This document shows positions 33,785 through 44,445 of a stretch of 64,000 nt of DNA, one piece after another. The stretch is taken from the NCBI GenBank assembly GCA_963842525.1, contig CAWJGT010000030.1:1-64000 (forward strand), in the 5' to 3' direction. The stretch's first letter is position 1. Each line of letters opens with the position of its first letter. The stretch comes from an uncultured Holophagales bacterium (GTDB lineage: Bacteria; Acidobacteriota; Thermoanaerobaculia; Multivoradales; UBA5704). A model generated the notes under the pieces. It saw only the letters and a program-made list of their open reading frames with translations. It made no database searches and had not been told where the DNA came from. The position numbers and the translations under genes are program-made.

Positions 33785-34996
33785 ATGGAGAGCCCGTTGG
33801 AGAGCCCGTTGCCGCTCTTGAAGAGCATCACGCTGGAAGGATTTCTCTCCTACGGACCAGAAGCCGTCACGATTCCGCTGGCCCCGCTCAATGTACTCAT
33901 CGGGCCTAATGGGTCGGGAAAGTCAAACCTGGTCGAGGCGCTGTCCGTGCTGCGCGCAGTCCCCAAGGATCTTCCCCTCCCGATTCGACAGGGCGGCGGC
34001 GTCAAGGACTGGCTCTGGCGGGCGAATCACACAGGAGCTGCCTCCGCGCGCCTGGAGATCCTGTTCGCCGAAGGAAAGGTGGCCAGCTCGGCGCCGGGAA
34101 AGCCCGCCGTCCGGTACCGCCTAGTCTTCGGGGCGGAGGGCGGCTCGTTCACTGTGCTCGACGAGCGGGTGGAGAACGAGAAGCCGGAGCGGTGGAACCG
34201 AAAGCCATACTTCTACTTCGGCTACGAGAACGGGCGGCCGATGCTCAACGTCCAGAAGGAGCCGCGGGAACTCCAGAGGGCGGACATCGATCCGACGCAG
34301 TCGATCCTTTCCCAGCGACGGGATCCGGAGGCGTACCCCGAGCTCACCCGGCTCGCAGACCTACTGCGCCGGATCCTCATCTTCAGAAACTGGCAGTTCG
34401 GCCCGGATTCTGCGGTCCGCAGGAGTTGCCGCGCCGACGTGCGCACCGACGCGCTCTCCGAGAGCTTCGACAATCTTCCTGCCCGGCTGGCTGTGCTGAT
34501 GGGCACGCCGACCGTCAAACGCCGGCTCATTGAGCTTCTTCGCGAGCTCGCGCCGGGGTTCGACGACCTCGTCGTCGTGCCGGAGGGCGGTACGCTCCAG
34601 ATCTACCTCACCGAGGGGAGCCGCTCGGTGCCGGCGCACCGGCTGTCGGACGGCACTCTCCGCTACCTCTGCCTGCTGGCGATCCTCCTCGACCCCGATC
34701 CCCCACCTCTCGTGGCCATCGAGGAGCCAGAGCTCGGCCTGCATCCGGATGTCCTGCCGGCGCTGCGCGATCTGATGGTCGCGGCGAGCGAGAAGACCCA
34801 GCTCATCGTGACCACGCACTCTACCCAGATGGTCGATGCCATGACCGACTACGCGGACTCGGTGTTGGTTTGCGAGAAGAAAGACGGGCCGACCGTTGTG
34901 ACGCGCCTCACGCAGGAGGAAGTCGATCGCTGGCGCGAGCACGGGAGCCTCGGTGCCTTGTGGATGAGCGGCCACCTGGGAGGAACCAGGTGGTGA
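33785..34996 (+). CDS. AAA_21/ABC-type ATPase
   Basis: GPNGSGKSN, LSDGT signature, IEEPELGLHP, VTTHS, C-terminal LGALW..G.LGG. Confidence 0.88.
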   Translation: MESPLESPLPLLKSITLEGFLSYGPEAVTIPLAPLNVLIGPNGSGKSNLVEALSVLRAVPKDLPLPIRQGGGVKDWLWRANHTGAASARLEILFAEGKVASSAPGKPAVRYRLVFGAEGGSFTVLDERVENEKPERWNRKPYFYFGYENGRPMLNVQKEPRELQRADIDPTQSILSQRRDPEAYPELTRLADLLRRILIFRNWQFGPDSAVRRSCRADVRTDALSESFDNLPARLAVLMGTPTVKRRLIELLRELAPGFDDLVVVPEGGTLQIYLTEGSRSVPAHRLSDGTLRYLCLLAILLDPDPPPLVAIEEPELGLHPDVLPALRDLMVAASEKTQLIVTTHSTQMVDAMTDYADSVLVCEKKDGPTVVTRLTQEEVDRWREHGSLGALWMSGHLGGTRW

Positions 34997-35607
34997 GCCC
35001 GCCGCGGAAACTCTTTGTCGAAGGCGGCGGCAACCACAACGACGCCCTCAAGACCGAGTGCCGCCGAGCGTTCACGGCGCTCCTGGAGAGGGCGGGCTTC
35101 AAGGGACGTATGCCACGTGTCGTGGCTTGTGGCGGACGGCGGAATGCGTACGAACAGTTCGGCACCGCGATCCGTGGCGGGGAGGGCTCGGCCATTCTCT
35201 TGGTGGATTCCGAGGCGCCCGTGGTCGCGGAGGATCCGTGGCAGCATGTAGCGCAACGCCCAGGCGATGAGTGGAGCCGGCCGGCTGGCGCGACCGAAGA
35301 TCACCTCCATCTGATGGTCCAGTGCATGGAAGCGTGGTTTCTGGCAGACCGGCGGGCGTTGGAAGAATTCTTTGGGCAGGGTTTTCATGGCAACGCGCTA
35401 CCTGCCGCGACGTGCGTGCCTGAGGATGTGGACAAGCTCGACCTCTACAACCGGTTGAAGCAGGCTACCGGGAGGACGAAGACGAAGGGCGTCTACGACA
35501 AGGGCAAGCACGCGTTCAAGCTGCTTGCGATGCTCGATCCAAACCTGGTTCGCAAAGCCGGCGACTGGGCCGCACGGTTCTTCTCGACTCTCGACAGATT
35601 GAGATGA
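34993..35607 (+). CDS. DUF4276-family (TOPRIM-like) protein
   Basis: GTGA overlap with the ATPase stop. Motifs FVEGGG, CGGR, LLVDSE, MVQCMEAWFLAD, YDKGKH. Confidence 0.82.
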   Translation: MSPPRKLFVEGGGNHNDALKTECRRAFTALLERAGFKGRMPRVVACGGRRNAYEQFGTAIRGGEGSAILLVDSEAPVVAEDPWQHVAQRPGDEWSRPAGATEDHLHLMVQCMEAWFLADRRALEEFFGQGFHGNALPAATCVPEDVDKLDLYNRLKQATGRTKTKGVYDKGKHAFKLLAMLDPNLVRKAGDWAARFFSTLDRLR

Positions 35608-35629
35608 TCTCGCGGCTTGCGCGGCGTGG

Positions 35630-35990
35630 CCTCGCACCGCGGCACCGCGGCCCTGAGCTCCAGCCCCGCGACCTCGCGCTGCTGCGAATCACCCTCGCGC
35701 CGCTGTGACTCGGCCGTATTTCGCAGCAAACCGAGGCCGTTGACGACGCAAGACGGCTCCCTCCACTCGTGCTCGACCTCCAGCCGCTGCCACTCGACCC
35801 TCCGCCGCTCGCGCTCGGGCTTGTTTTGCTGCGACTCGACCCTGAGCCGGGGCGGATTCTCGCCGTCTTGATGCCAACTGTCCTCGCGTTGATGCGACTT
35901 GACAGCGAGTCGCAGCCGCTCGACCGTGCGCGGCTCGTGCGCGACCTCGTGTTGCAGCATATCGACCTCGTGTTGCAGCATATCGACCTA
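35630..35990. repeat. Degenerate array with 21-bp periodicity
   Basis: Exact duplication cgacctcgtgttgcagcatat (35942-35983). The minus-strand reading shows heptads MLQHEVD/MLQHEVA/HEPRTVE/.../WQRLEVE/SQRREGD/SQQREVA. Confidence 0.6.
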
Positions 35991-36108
35991 ATGTCGCATC
36001 GTAATGGCTTCGCAATGATGTAGAACGACGAGCTTTCGCTGCAAATCATCTCTGAGTTGCAGCGAACGCCAGGTGCCGCGGAGGCGCTTTCCCTCGTTGT
36101 GAAGACGG

Positions 36109-36138
36109 TTGACATCGTTGGCGACTATCTTTATAGTC
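36109..36138 (+). promoter_or_regulatory. Sigma70 promoter with overlapping BlaI-type operator
   Basis: TTGACA (36109-36114), 17 bp, TATAGT (36132-36137). Palindrome gactat-cttt-atagtc (36123-36138) overlaps the -10. Confidence 0.8.
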
Positions 36139-36155
36139 CGTGTCGAAGGGAATCG

Positions 36156-36575
36156 ATGACGATGGCGCGACCCAAGACCCGGACCGAGGACCTGAAGGAG
36201 CTGTCCGACCTCGAAGTGGCGGTGATGGACGTGGTGTGGGACCTGGGGGACTGCGGCTCGGCCGAGGTGGTGGAGCGCTTCACGGCGCGACGGCCGCTGG
36301 CGGCCACGACCATCCGCACCGTGCTGGCGAGCATCGAGAAGAAGGGCTACCTGGAGCGCGTGCCGACGATCGAGCGCGGGCTGCGGTACCGGCCGCGGGT
36401 CAGCCGCGAGGCGGTGGCCGGCCGCTCGCTGCGCAAGCTGGTGAGCACGCTCTTCGGCGGCTCGCCGCGGCACGCGGTGGCCTATCTCGTCAATCAGGGG
36501 GACCTGGAAGAGGCGGACCTCGATGAGATCGGTCGCATGATCGAGACCCACAAGCGTCAAGGAGGCCGGTCATGA
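36156..36575 (+). CDS. BlaI/MecI/CopY-family repressor
   Basis: LSDLEVAVMDVVW...LAATTIRTVL...EKKGYL...LFGGS. Confidence 0.9.
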   Translation: MTMARPKTRTEDLKELSDLEVAVMDVVWDLGDCGSAEVVERFTARRPLAATTIRTVLASIEKKGYLERVPTIERGLRYRPRVSREAVAGRSLRKLVSTLFGGSPRHAVAYLVNQGDLEEADLDEIGRMIETHKRQGGRS

Positions 36576-37918
36576 GCCTCAAGATCCTGAGCACGAGCCT
36601 GCTGGCCGCGAGCCTCGACCTCGTCCTTTTCGCGGCTCTGGCCTGGGTGGGGGCGCGGCTCCTCGGCCGGCGCTCGCCTCGGGTCGCGGCCCTCCTCTGG
36701 GTCCTGGTCATGGTCCGGTCGGTTGCGGGTCTGGCCGGGATGTCGTTTCCTGTCGATCCGCAGGCCCTGGGCCTGAGCCTGCCGCTCGTTTCGGGGGGAA
36801 GCCCGGAACTGAGAGAAGAGGAGGTCGAGGTCCTGCGCGGCGGGCCGGGGCTCCGGTACACCGGGACGTCGGTGGGTTGGGTCTCCTGGCGTCACCCGCG
36901 GCAACCCGCGCTGGCGCTCTGCCTGGCGTGGGCGGCGGGCCTCGCCGGTTTTTCGCTGTTGGCGCTCCGCGACCGCCTGCGTCTGCGGAGACTGGTCGCC
37001 AGCGCCGCTCTGGCGCCGCCGCTCCTGACGGCGCGGCGCGACGCCGTCGCGGCCCGGCTGGGGATCCAGCGCCCTCCTGCGCTCCTGGTCACCGAAGAGC
37101 TCGAGTCCCCGGCTCTGGCGGGGACGGTCTCTCCGGTCATCCTGCTCCCGCGCTGGCTCGCCGAGGAGGGGACCCCGGAGCAGCTCGACTGGGCTCTCGG
37201 CCATGAGCTCGTGCACCGCAAGAGGAGAGACCCGCTGGCCGGCGCCGTCCGGCAGGCCTTCCAGGCCCTCTTTTTCTTCCATCCGCTGGCCTGGTGGGTG
37301 GGGGCGAAGTGGGAGGAGGCGGCGGAGCTGGCGTGCGACCGGGCACTGGTTCGCAACGAAGAGGAGGCCGCCTCCTATGCCGAACGCCTCTACGAGATCC
37401 TGGTCAAGGCGCGGGGCCGGCGCCGGGCGGCGCTCGCCGGTGGGCTCTTCGCCACCCGCACCCAGATCGGCCGGCGTATCGCTGCGTTGCTCAAGGACCC
37501 CATCGGCTCCAGCCGTCTTTGGCCCGGCGCAGTCCTCGCTCTCGCCCTGTTTGCCTTGTTGAGCGCGTCCGTGGGTTTCGGCGGGAGGAAAGCCCCGATG
37601 TCCGGTGACCTCAGCGCGGAGCTCCAGCTCACTTACGACGGCGGGACCGCTGATTTCCAGGCGAAGGGCCGCGTGGAATTCGCGGCGGATGGGCGCGATG
37701 TCCTCCGCATCCTGCCCGGCGGGCACGTCCATCTCTCCGAGACCAGCAACGGCATCACCCGCCATCTCACGGTCCGGCCCGGCCAGGACGGCCGGCTCGA
37801 ACGCACGTACCAGGTTGACGGACGGCGCCGGGAGTACGACCGCGAAGCCCGGGAGTGGGTTGCGGCCACTCTCCCCCGGTTCGTCTGCACCCTGGACAAA
37901 GATAACTGCCGACCCTGA
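36572..37918 (+). CDS. BlaR1-type M56 metallopeptidase (antirepressor)
   Basis: TM segments, HELVH, FFFHPLAWW, ELACD. ATGA overlap with the BlaI gene. Confidence 0.88.
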   Translation: MSLKILSTSLLAASLDLVLFAALAWVGARLLGRRSPRVAALLWVLVMVRSVAGLAGMSFPVDPQALGLSLPLVSGGSPELREEEVEVLRGGPGLRYTGTSVGWVSWRHPRQPALALCLAWAAGLAGFSLLALRDRLRLRRLVASAALAPPLLTARRDAVAARLGIQRPPALLVTEELESPALAGTVSPVILLPRWLAEEGTPEQLDWALGHELVHRKRRDPLAGAVRQAFQALFFFHPLAWWVGAKWEEAAELACDRALVRNEEEAASYAERLYEILVKARGRRRAALAGGLFATRTQIGRRIAALLKDPIGSSRLWPGAVLALALFALLSASVGFGGRKAPMSGDLSAELQLTYDGGTADFQAKGRVEFAADGRDVLRILPGGHVHLSETSNGITRHLTVRPGQDGRLERTYQVDGRRREYDREAREWVAATLPRFVCTLDKDNCRP

Positions 37919-37942
37919 CTCGGCGCCAAGGAGGAACGATCC

Positions 37943-39713
37943 ATGATCGGGAAGCTTGCGTGGTCCCTGGCCGCCTTGATGCTCGTGCTTTGCCTTGTCG
38001 CTCCGCTCACCGCGGCCAGCGCCTCTTCCGCCGTGGTCAGCGGCCCCACTGGAGAGAATCTTGACCAATATCTGTCACGCCTGGAGGCGCTCGGCTTCTC
38101 GGGCGCGGTGCTGGTCGCCAAGGATGGCAAGGTCGTCCTCCACAAGGGCTATGGTCTCGCCGACCGCGAAAAGAAAACCCCCTACACGCCCGAGACTGTC
38201 TTCGACGTCGGTTCCATTACGAAGCAATTTACCGCTGCAGCCATCCTGAAGCTGGACATGGCGGGAAAGCTCCAGGTCACCGATCTCATATCCAAATATT
38301 TCGACGGGGTGCCGGCGGACAAGCAGGGCATCACCCTCCACCACCTCCTCACCCACAGCTCGGGCCTTGAGGACGGGTTCGGCGGCGACTACGAGGAGAT
38401 GCCGCGCGACGTGCTGGTGCAGAAGGCTTTCGCGTCGAAGCTCCTGTGGGCCCCGGGCACCCGGTACCGCTATTCGAACGCGGGCTACAGCCTGCTCGGC
38501 GCCATCGTCGAGAAGGTCTCCGGAAAACCTTATGAAACCTTCCTCCATGAGCAGCTTTTCAAGCCTGCCGGGATGGAGAAGACCGGCTACCGCATCCCCA
38601 AGTGGAAGCCGGAAGAGCTGGCCCACGGCTACCAGGGAGACGAGCCCTGGGGCACGCCGCTCGACCATGCCTGGGCGCCGGAGGGCCCGTGGTGGAACCT
38701 GCGCGCCAACGGCGGCATCCTCTCGACCGTCGGCGACCTCTACAAATGGCACCAGGTCCTGGAGGGCGAGGCGATCCTGTCCAAGGACGCCAAGGCCAAG
38801 TACTTCGCCCCCCACATGCCCGAGGACGAGGAGGGGGAGCTCCCACTACGGCTACGGCTGGGCGGTCTTCAAGACGCCGCGCAACACGAAGCTGATCGCG
38901 CACAACGGCGGCAACGGCATCTTTGCGGCGGACTTCCGGCGCTATGTGGATGAAGGGGGCGTCGTCCTCGCGGGCTCCGCACAGTCGGGCTTCCGGTCGA
39001 CCTGGATCACCAACACGATCGCCGGCCTCCTCTTCGGGCAGGAGGCCGTCCTGCCGCCGGCCGTGGCCCGGATCGACCCTGTGGCGCTGGCCCGGTATGC
39101 CGGCAACTACGCCCTTCCCACTGGAGGAAAGCTGGTGGTGACGGCCGCTCCGTCCGGTCCGAACGGCACGCCGCGCCTGGAGGTCTCTCCCGAGGGAAGG
39201 GACGCCTTCGAAGCCATGGCCGGAGGCGTCAGCCCGGAGGTCCGTGCCCGCATGACGGACCGGGAGGCGCGGCTGCTCGCCGCCCTGGAGCAGACCCGCA
39301 AGGGGAGCTACGGGCCGCTGGCCGAGGTGTACGGTGTACCGGTCGAAAACGTGAAACAACGGGCTCTGGACACTCTCGCGGAGCTCGAAGCCCGGCTCGG
39401 CCCCTTCCAGCGCTTCGAGATCCACGGCACCGCGGTCCGCGGCGAGACCGTCTCGACCTGGATTCGCTTCGGGTTCGAGAAGGGAGCGCAGGTCTTCGAG
39501 CACGTCTGGCAAGGGACGGAGGTCGTGTTCGTCCGTCCGGTCGAAGGGCTCGGCGGCAGCCTCTTCCTGCCGGAATCCGACAAGGACCTCTTCTCCTACA
39601 ACCCGCGCACCCAGGCGGTCCAGCGGATCGGCTTCGAGGTGGGGGAGGACGGCAAGGTCAAGGCGCTCGTCCTGCGCGCCGCGGGCGGGGAGGTGCGGGC
39701 GGGACGGAGCTAG
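37943..39713 (+). CDS. Beta-lactamase-family serine hydrolase, frameshift near 38835
   Basis: Signal peptide, SITK (SxxK), LLTHSSG, YSN. HYGYGW...HNGG continues in a second frame (ORF 38367-39713). Confidence 0.85.
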
Positions 39714-39767
39714 ACGCCACGGCAATGCTAAAATGGGGGTTCCGGACTTCCCAAGGAGGGCCCCCGC

Positions 39768-42700
39768 GTGCATTCACGCCACCTGACTCCCCTGGTTCTT
39801 CTGGCCCTCCTCGGGGCCGGCCGGGCTCATGCCTCCGCGACCGCCACCCTCGTCGCCGATCTCAGGACCGAGGCCCCTTCGTCCGACATCGGGCTCGAAA
39901 GACTCCCTCATGCCGCTCGGAGACAAGGTCTTCTTCGCGGCTCTCGATTACGGCGTTGGCATCGAGCCTTGGCTGAGCGACGGCACCTCTACGGGCACCT
40001 CGCTCGTGCGAGATCTCTGTCCAGGAGAATGCTGGGTGGAGATCCGTCTCCTCGGGACGATCGGACGGACGGGCCTGTTCCTTGCGGTTCCAGACCCGTT
40101 CCGCGAAGCGAGTGGCGAAGTGCTCTGGCGCAGCGACGGCACGCGGGAGGGTACGGTGCCGGTCGTCACCGCCGAGCAGGGTGGACCCGCGCCGTGCTTC
40201 TTCGATCACATGCAGTCCACGACTGTGAACGGAGTCATCCTCTTCACTGCCGGTTCTCACCACAGGTGCGGATTGTGGCGCACCGACGGGACCCGCGCAG
40301 GCACGCGGCCGCTGGCGCCCGAGCTCTCCGGCTTTGGCAGCGACCCGATCCTTCGGGACGCGATCGTGACCGGTGGCTTCCTCTTCTTCTTCGAAGCCCT
40401 GGGAAGAGAGGCGGCTCTCTGGCGTTCAGACGGTACCGAGGCCGGCACCGTGCGCCTTCGCAGCTTCCCTTGGAACGACGACTCGTTCAACGATCATCCC
40501 AGGTTCCTCACCGCCCTGGGCTCGCGGGCCTACTTTCTCGCTCGTGGGGAAGAAGACGGGGACGAGGAGCTGTGGACCAGCGATGGCACCGCCGCCGGAA
40601 CCCGGCCGGTCACCCGGTTCGCTCCTGCGAACCCCTTCTTGCGGACCCATTTTCTGAAGGTCCTCGACGGCGTTCTGTACTTCGTGGCCGACGACGCCAC
40701 CAGCAACATGGACCTCTGGCGCAGCGATGGCACGGAGGGAGGGACGCGGCGGGTGACGGAGTTCGGCTATGCCACGCCGTTTCCGTTCGAATTCCGCCCA
40801 GACCAACTCGCCAAGGCCGGCGACCGGCTGGTCTTCTTCGCGAGCGACGGGCTCTCAGGGGAGCGGATCTGGACGAGCGGCAGTACGCCCACGGCCATGA
40901 AGCCGCTCGAGGGCTGCCCGGGCGGCTGTCCCAGGGTCGACTACAGCACCCGTTTCATGACGGTGGGACGGCGGGTCGTGTTTACAGGATTCGACGAGGT
41001 CCGCGGTATGGAGCTCTGGAGCACCGATGGCACCGGCGCCGGCACTCGGCTTATCGGCGACTTTTGCAGCGGGAGCTGCAGCTCCCAGCCTTCCAGCATC
41101 GTCAGCGGTTTTGGACGTCTCCTCTTCCCCGCTGGCGGCGCTCTCTGGTCGACCGACGGCACTCCGCAGGGGACCGTCCGTCTCGCCAATTTCGATGGCT
41201 GGTCGTTCAGCGATCTGCCGTTCGGACAACCCTTTCGCCTGGTGTTTGCCGGACAAAAGGCATTTTTCTCGGCCGGCCACCAGCAGCGCGGGCAGCAGCT
41301 CTGGGTCACGGATGGAACACCGGAGGGTACCGGGCTGGTGAGCTTGATCGGCGACACCGGGCCCGGATCGGCGCCCCGCGAGCTCACTCCTTTCGGCAAC
41401 GACGTCGTGTTTTCCGCGTGCGACGGCCAGGGCGAGAGCCTCTGGCGCAGCAGCGGCACGGCGGCGGCGACCTTGCCTCTCGCGCCTTTATGGCAAGGCT
41501 GCTCCTCCGCCTCGTTCTTCACGCAAGGTGCGGTGAAATCGGCGGGTCTCCTGTTCGTTGCCGGTGCGGCGGGTCTCTGGCGTTCGGACGGCACGGACGC
41601 CGGCACCTTCCCGGTCACGCCCACTGTGCCCAGTCCTGAACGCCTCGTCGCGTTCGGGAATGGAGTGGTCTTCGCGGTCAGCGGGCCTGGCTCGTTTCAG
41701 GTCTCGCTTTGGGCCAGCGATGGCAGCGCGGGCGGGGCGCGCAAGCTCTTCGAGACGCCGCCGGACCTCATCGGCATGGTGAGCCTGCGGAACCTTGGGA
41801 GGAGCCCTCTATTTCATCGGCATCGATGTGGCCGACACGGGCTCCACACAACTCTGGGTGACGGACGGCACGGTCGGAGGGATCGCAGCAGGCTGACCAG
41901 CTTCGAATCGAATGCCTTCGATAGCTTCAGGTCACCGGAGATGATCCGCATCGGGACGACTGTCTTCTTCGTTGCGGGAAGCCAGCTTTGGAAGACCGAC
42001 GGCACGCCGGCGGGTACCGCGCGCGTGCTCCCGTCGGGAGGCTTCAACGGAAGCCACTCCGACGGATCTGACCGAATTCCAGGGGGCTCTTTACTTCATC
42101 GGCTCGATCCAGGGGGACCCGGTCCGCCGGGGCCTCTGGCGGTCTGACGGTACGGCGGCGGGGACGGTCCTCGTCAAAGCCGTTGCTCCTCCATACGACA
42201 GTTTCAATCCGGCGCCGGCATGGCTCACCCGGGTCGGGCCGTACCTCTACTTCGTGGCCGACGACGGCGAGCATGGCCTCGAGCTCTGGCGCACGGACGG
42301 CACGGACGACGGAACCGTCCTGGTGCGCGACATCCTGCCCGGCTCCGGCTCCGCGGGTCCCAGGGCTCTCGCTGCGGCCGGCGGTCGACTGTACTTCTCG
42401 GCCACCGACAGTGTGCACGGTATGGAGCTCTGGGAGAGCGACGGCACGGAGGCCGGCACACGCATGGTGCAGGACATCGCTCCAGGGGGGGTGGCCTCGA
42501 ATCCCGGGGAGCTGACCGAGGTGGGCGGTCGGCTCTTCTTCGCCGCCGACGACGGGGTGCACGGAAGGGAGCTATGGGTCCTGCCGCTCGCTGGGCCGGC
42601 CGGTTGCCAGCCTTCGGAAGAGGCGCTCTGCCTCGGCGGCCGGTTCCGCGTCGAGGCCGACTGGCGCGACTTCGCGGGGAGCCGAGGCCGGGGCAAGGCC

Positions 42701-43378
42701 GTCGCGCTCACGGCCGACACCGGGTACTTCTGGTTCTTCGATCCGGCCAACGTCGAGGTGATCCTCAAAGTGCTCGACGGGCGCACCACCAACGGCCATC
42801 AATGGGTCTTCTACGGCGCCCTGTCGAATGTCGAGTACCGCCTGACGGTCACCGACACCCAGACTGGCGCAGCCCGCCGCTACATCAACCCGCCGGGCCG
42901 GCTCGGCAGCGTCGCCGACACCCTTGCCTTCGGGCCTCGCGGTGCGACCGGCTCCGCCCTGACCTACGGGCCGGCGGCCGTGGCCGCCGAGCCGATTGTC
43001 CGAACGGGGAGAACCGGCCGGAGCGCATCGGCAGCAGCCTCCTGTACACCCAGCGCGACGCGTCTCTGCCTGCAGGAAGGACGCTTCGCGATCGAGGCCC
43101 GCTGGAAGGACTTCCAGGGCAAGACCGGCTCCGGCCAGGCGGTTCCCTTGAGCGGAGGAGATACCGGCTACTTCTGGTTCTTCGGCCCGGACAACGCTGA
43201 GGTGGTCCTCAAGGTGCTCGACGGCCGGCCGCTCAACGGCAAGCACTGGGTCTTCTACGGGGCTCTTTCCAGCGTTGAATACACCCTGACGGTGACCGAC
43301 ACCGAGACTGGCAAGGTCAAGACGTACACCAACCCGAGCGGACGCCTCTCCAGTGTGGCGGACACCGCGGCGTTCTGA
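39768..43378 (+). CDS. Secreted ELWxxDGT-repeat protein with two C-terminal conserved domains; frameshifts near 39900, 41800, 42060
   Basis: AGGAGG-GTG plus signal peptide, many (E)LWxTDGT repeats across ORFs 39829 and 41972, ends ADTAAF. Confidence 0.82.
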
Positions 43379-44445
43379 AGGAGGAGACGATGATGCGCCG
43401 GCTCGCGATCCTCACAGCTTCGGCCCTCCTCTCCCTCACCGCGGCAGGCCCTCTGCGGGCGACGGGGACGGCGACGTTGCTTGCCGACCTCCATCCCTCG
43501 GGGTCGATCCCTGACCACGGCGGGGGGATCTCGGGAGGGCTCGTCCTGGCCGGTGGAGGGGTGCTCTTCGCGGCCTCCGAAACGAGCTCCGGCCGGGAGC
43601 TCTGGGTGAGCGACGGGACTCCTTCCGGGACACTGGCCCTGCTGGACTTCTGCCCGGGGCCCTGCTCGTCCAGGATCACCTTCCTGGGAGCGCTCGGCAA
43701 GGCGGCGATGCTGGTCCTCAGGCCGGAGGCCTCGAACCAGCCGTCGCAGCTCGTGCGCACCGACGGGACGCGTGCGGGGACGGTGGTCCTGGCATCTTTT
43801 GATGGGGAGGGGCCGGCCGCTTGCGATACGGAGCCCGTGACGATGGGCGGCACTCTGTTCTTCCTCGCCCCTCCCCCGGGCTCGCGAGGCTGCGGGCTCT
43901 GGCGAACGGACGGGACGCCGGCCGGCACGCGGCTGGTTCTGGAGGTGCAGGTACCGCCCTATGGCAGCTTGATCCAGGGACTGGCGGCCTTCGGAGGCCG
44001 GCTCTACTTCTCGGCCTACGACAGCGAGGAGCTGCCGCCGGGCCTCTGGCGGACCGACGGTGCTGAGCCCAACCCGGAGCTCGTGCGGCGCCTCCGGTCC
44101 CGCCCCTCACGCCTCACAGCGGTCGGCGCTCACCTCTTCTTCATCGCGCAGGAGGAGGGAAACGAGCTGTGGGCGAGCGACGGCACCGCAGCGGGGACTC
44201 GGTCTCTGACGAGCTTCGCGGCGCCGCTGCCATTCCCCATCGACAGCAATTTCCTCCCCAATCGACCCGGCCTGTTCCGCGATTTTGGCAATGTCCTCTA
44301 TTTCTGGGCGGACGACGTAACCGGCGGCCTCGACCTCTGGCGCAGCGACGGTACGCCGGCCGGCACGCGGCGGGCCACGGCGTTCGGGTATGCCTTTCCG
44401 TTCCCCTCCGGCTTTGCGGAGAGTCAGGTCGTCCAACTCGGCTCA

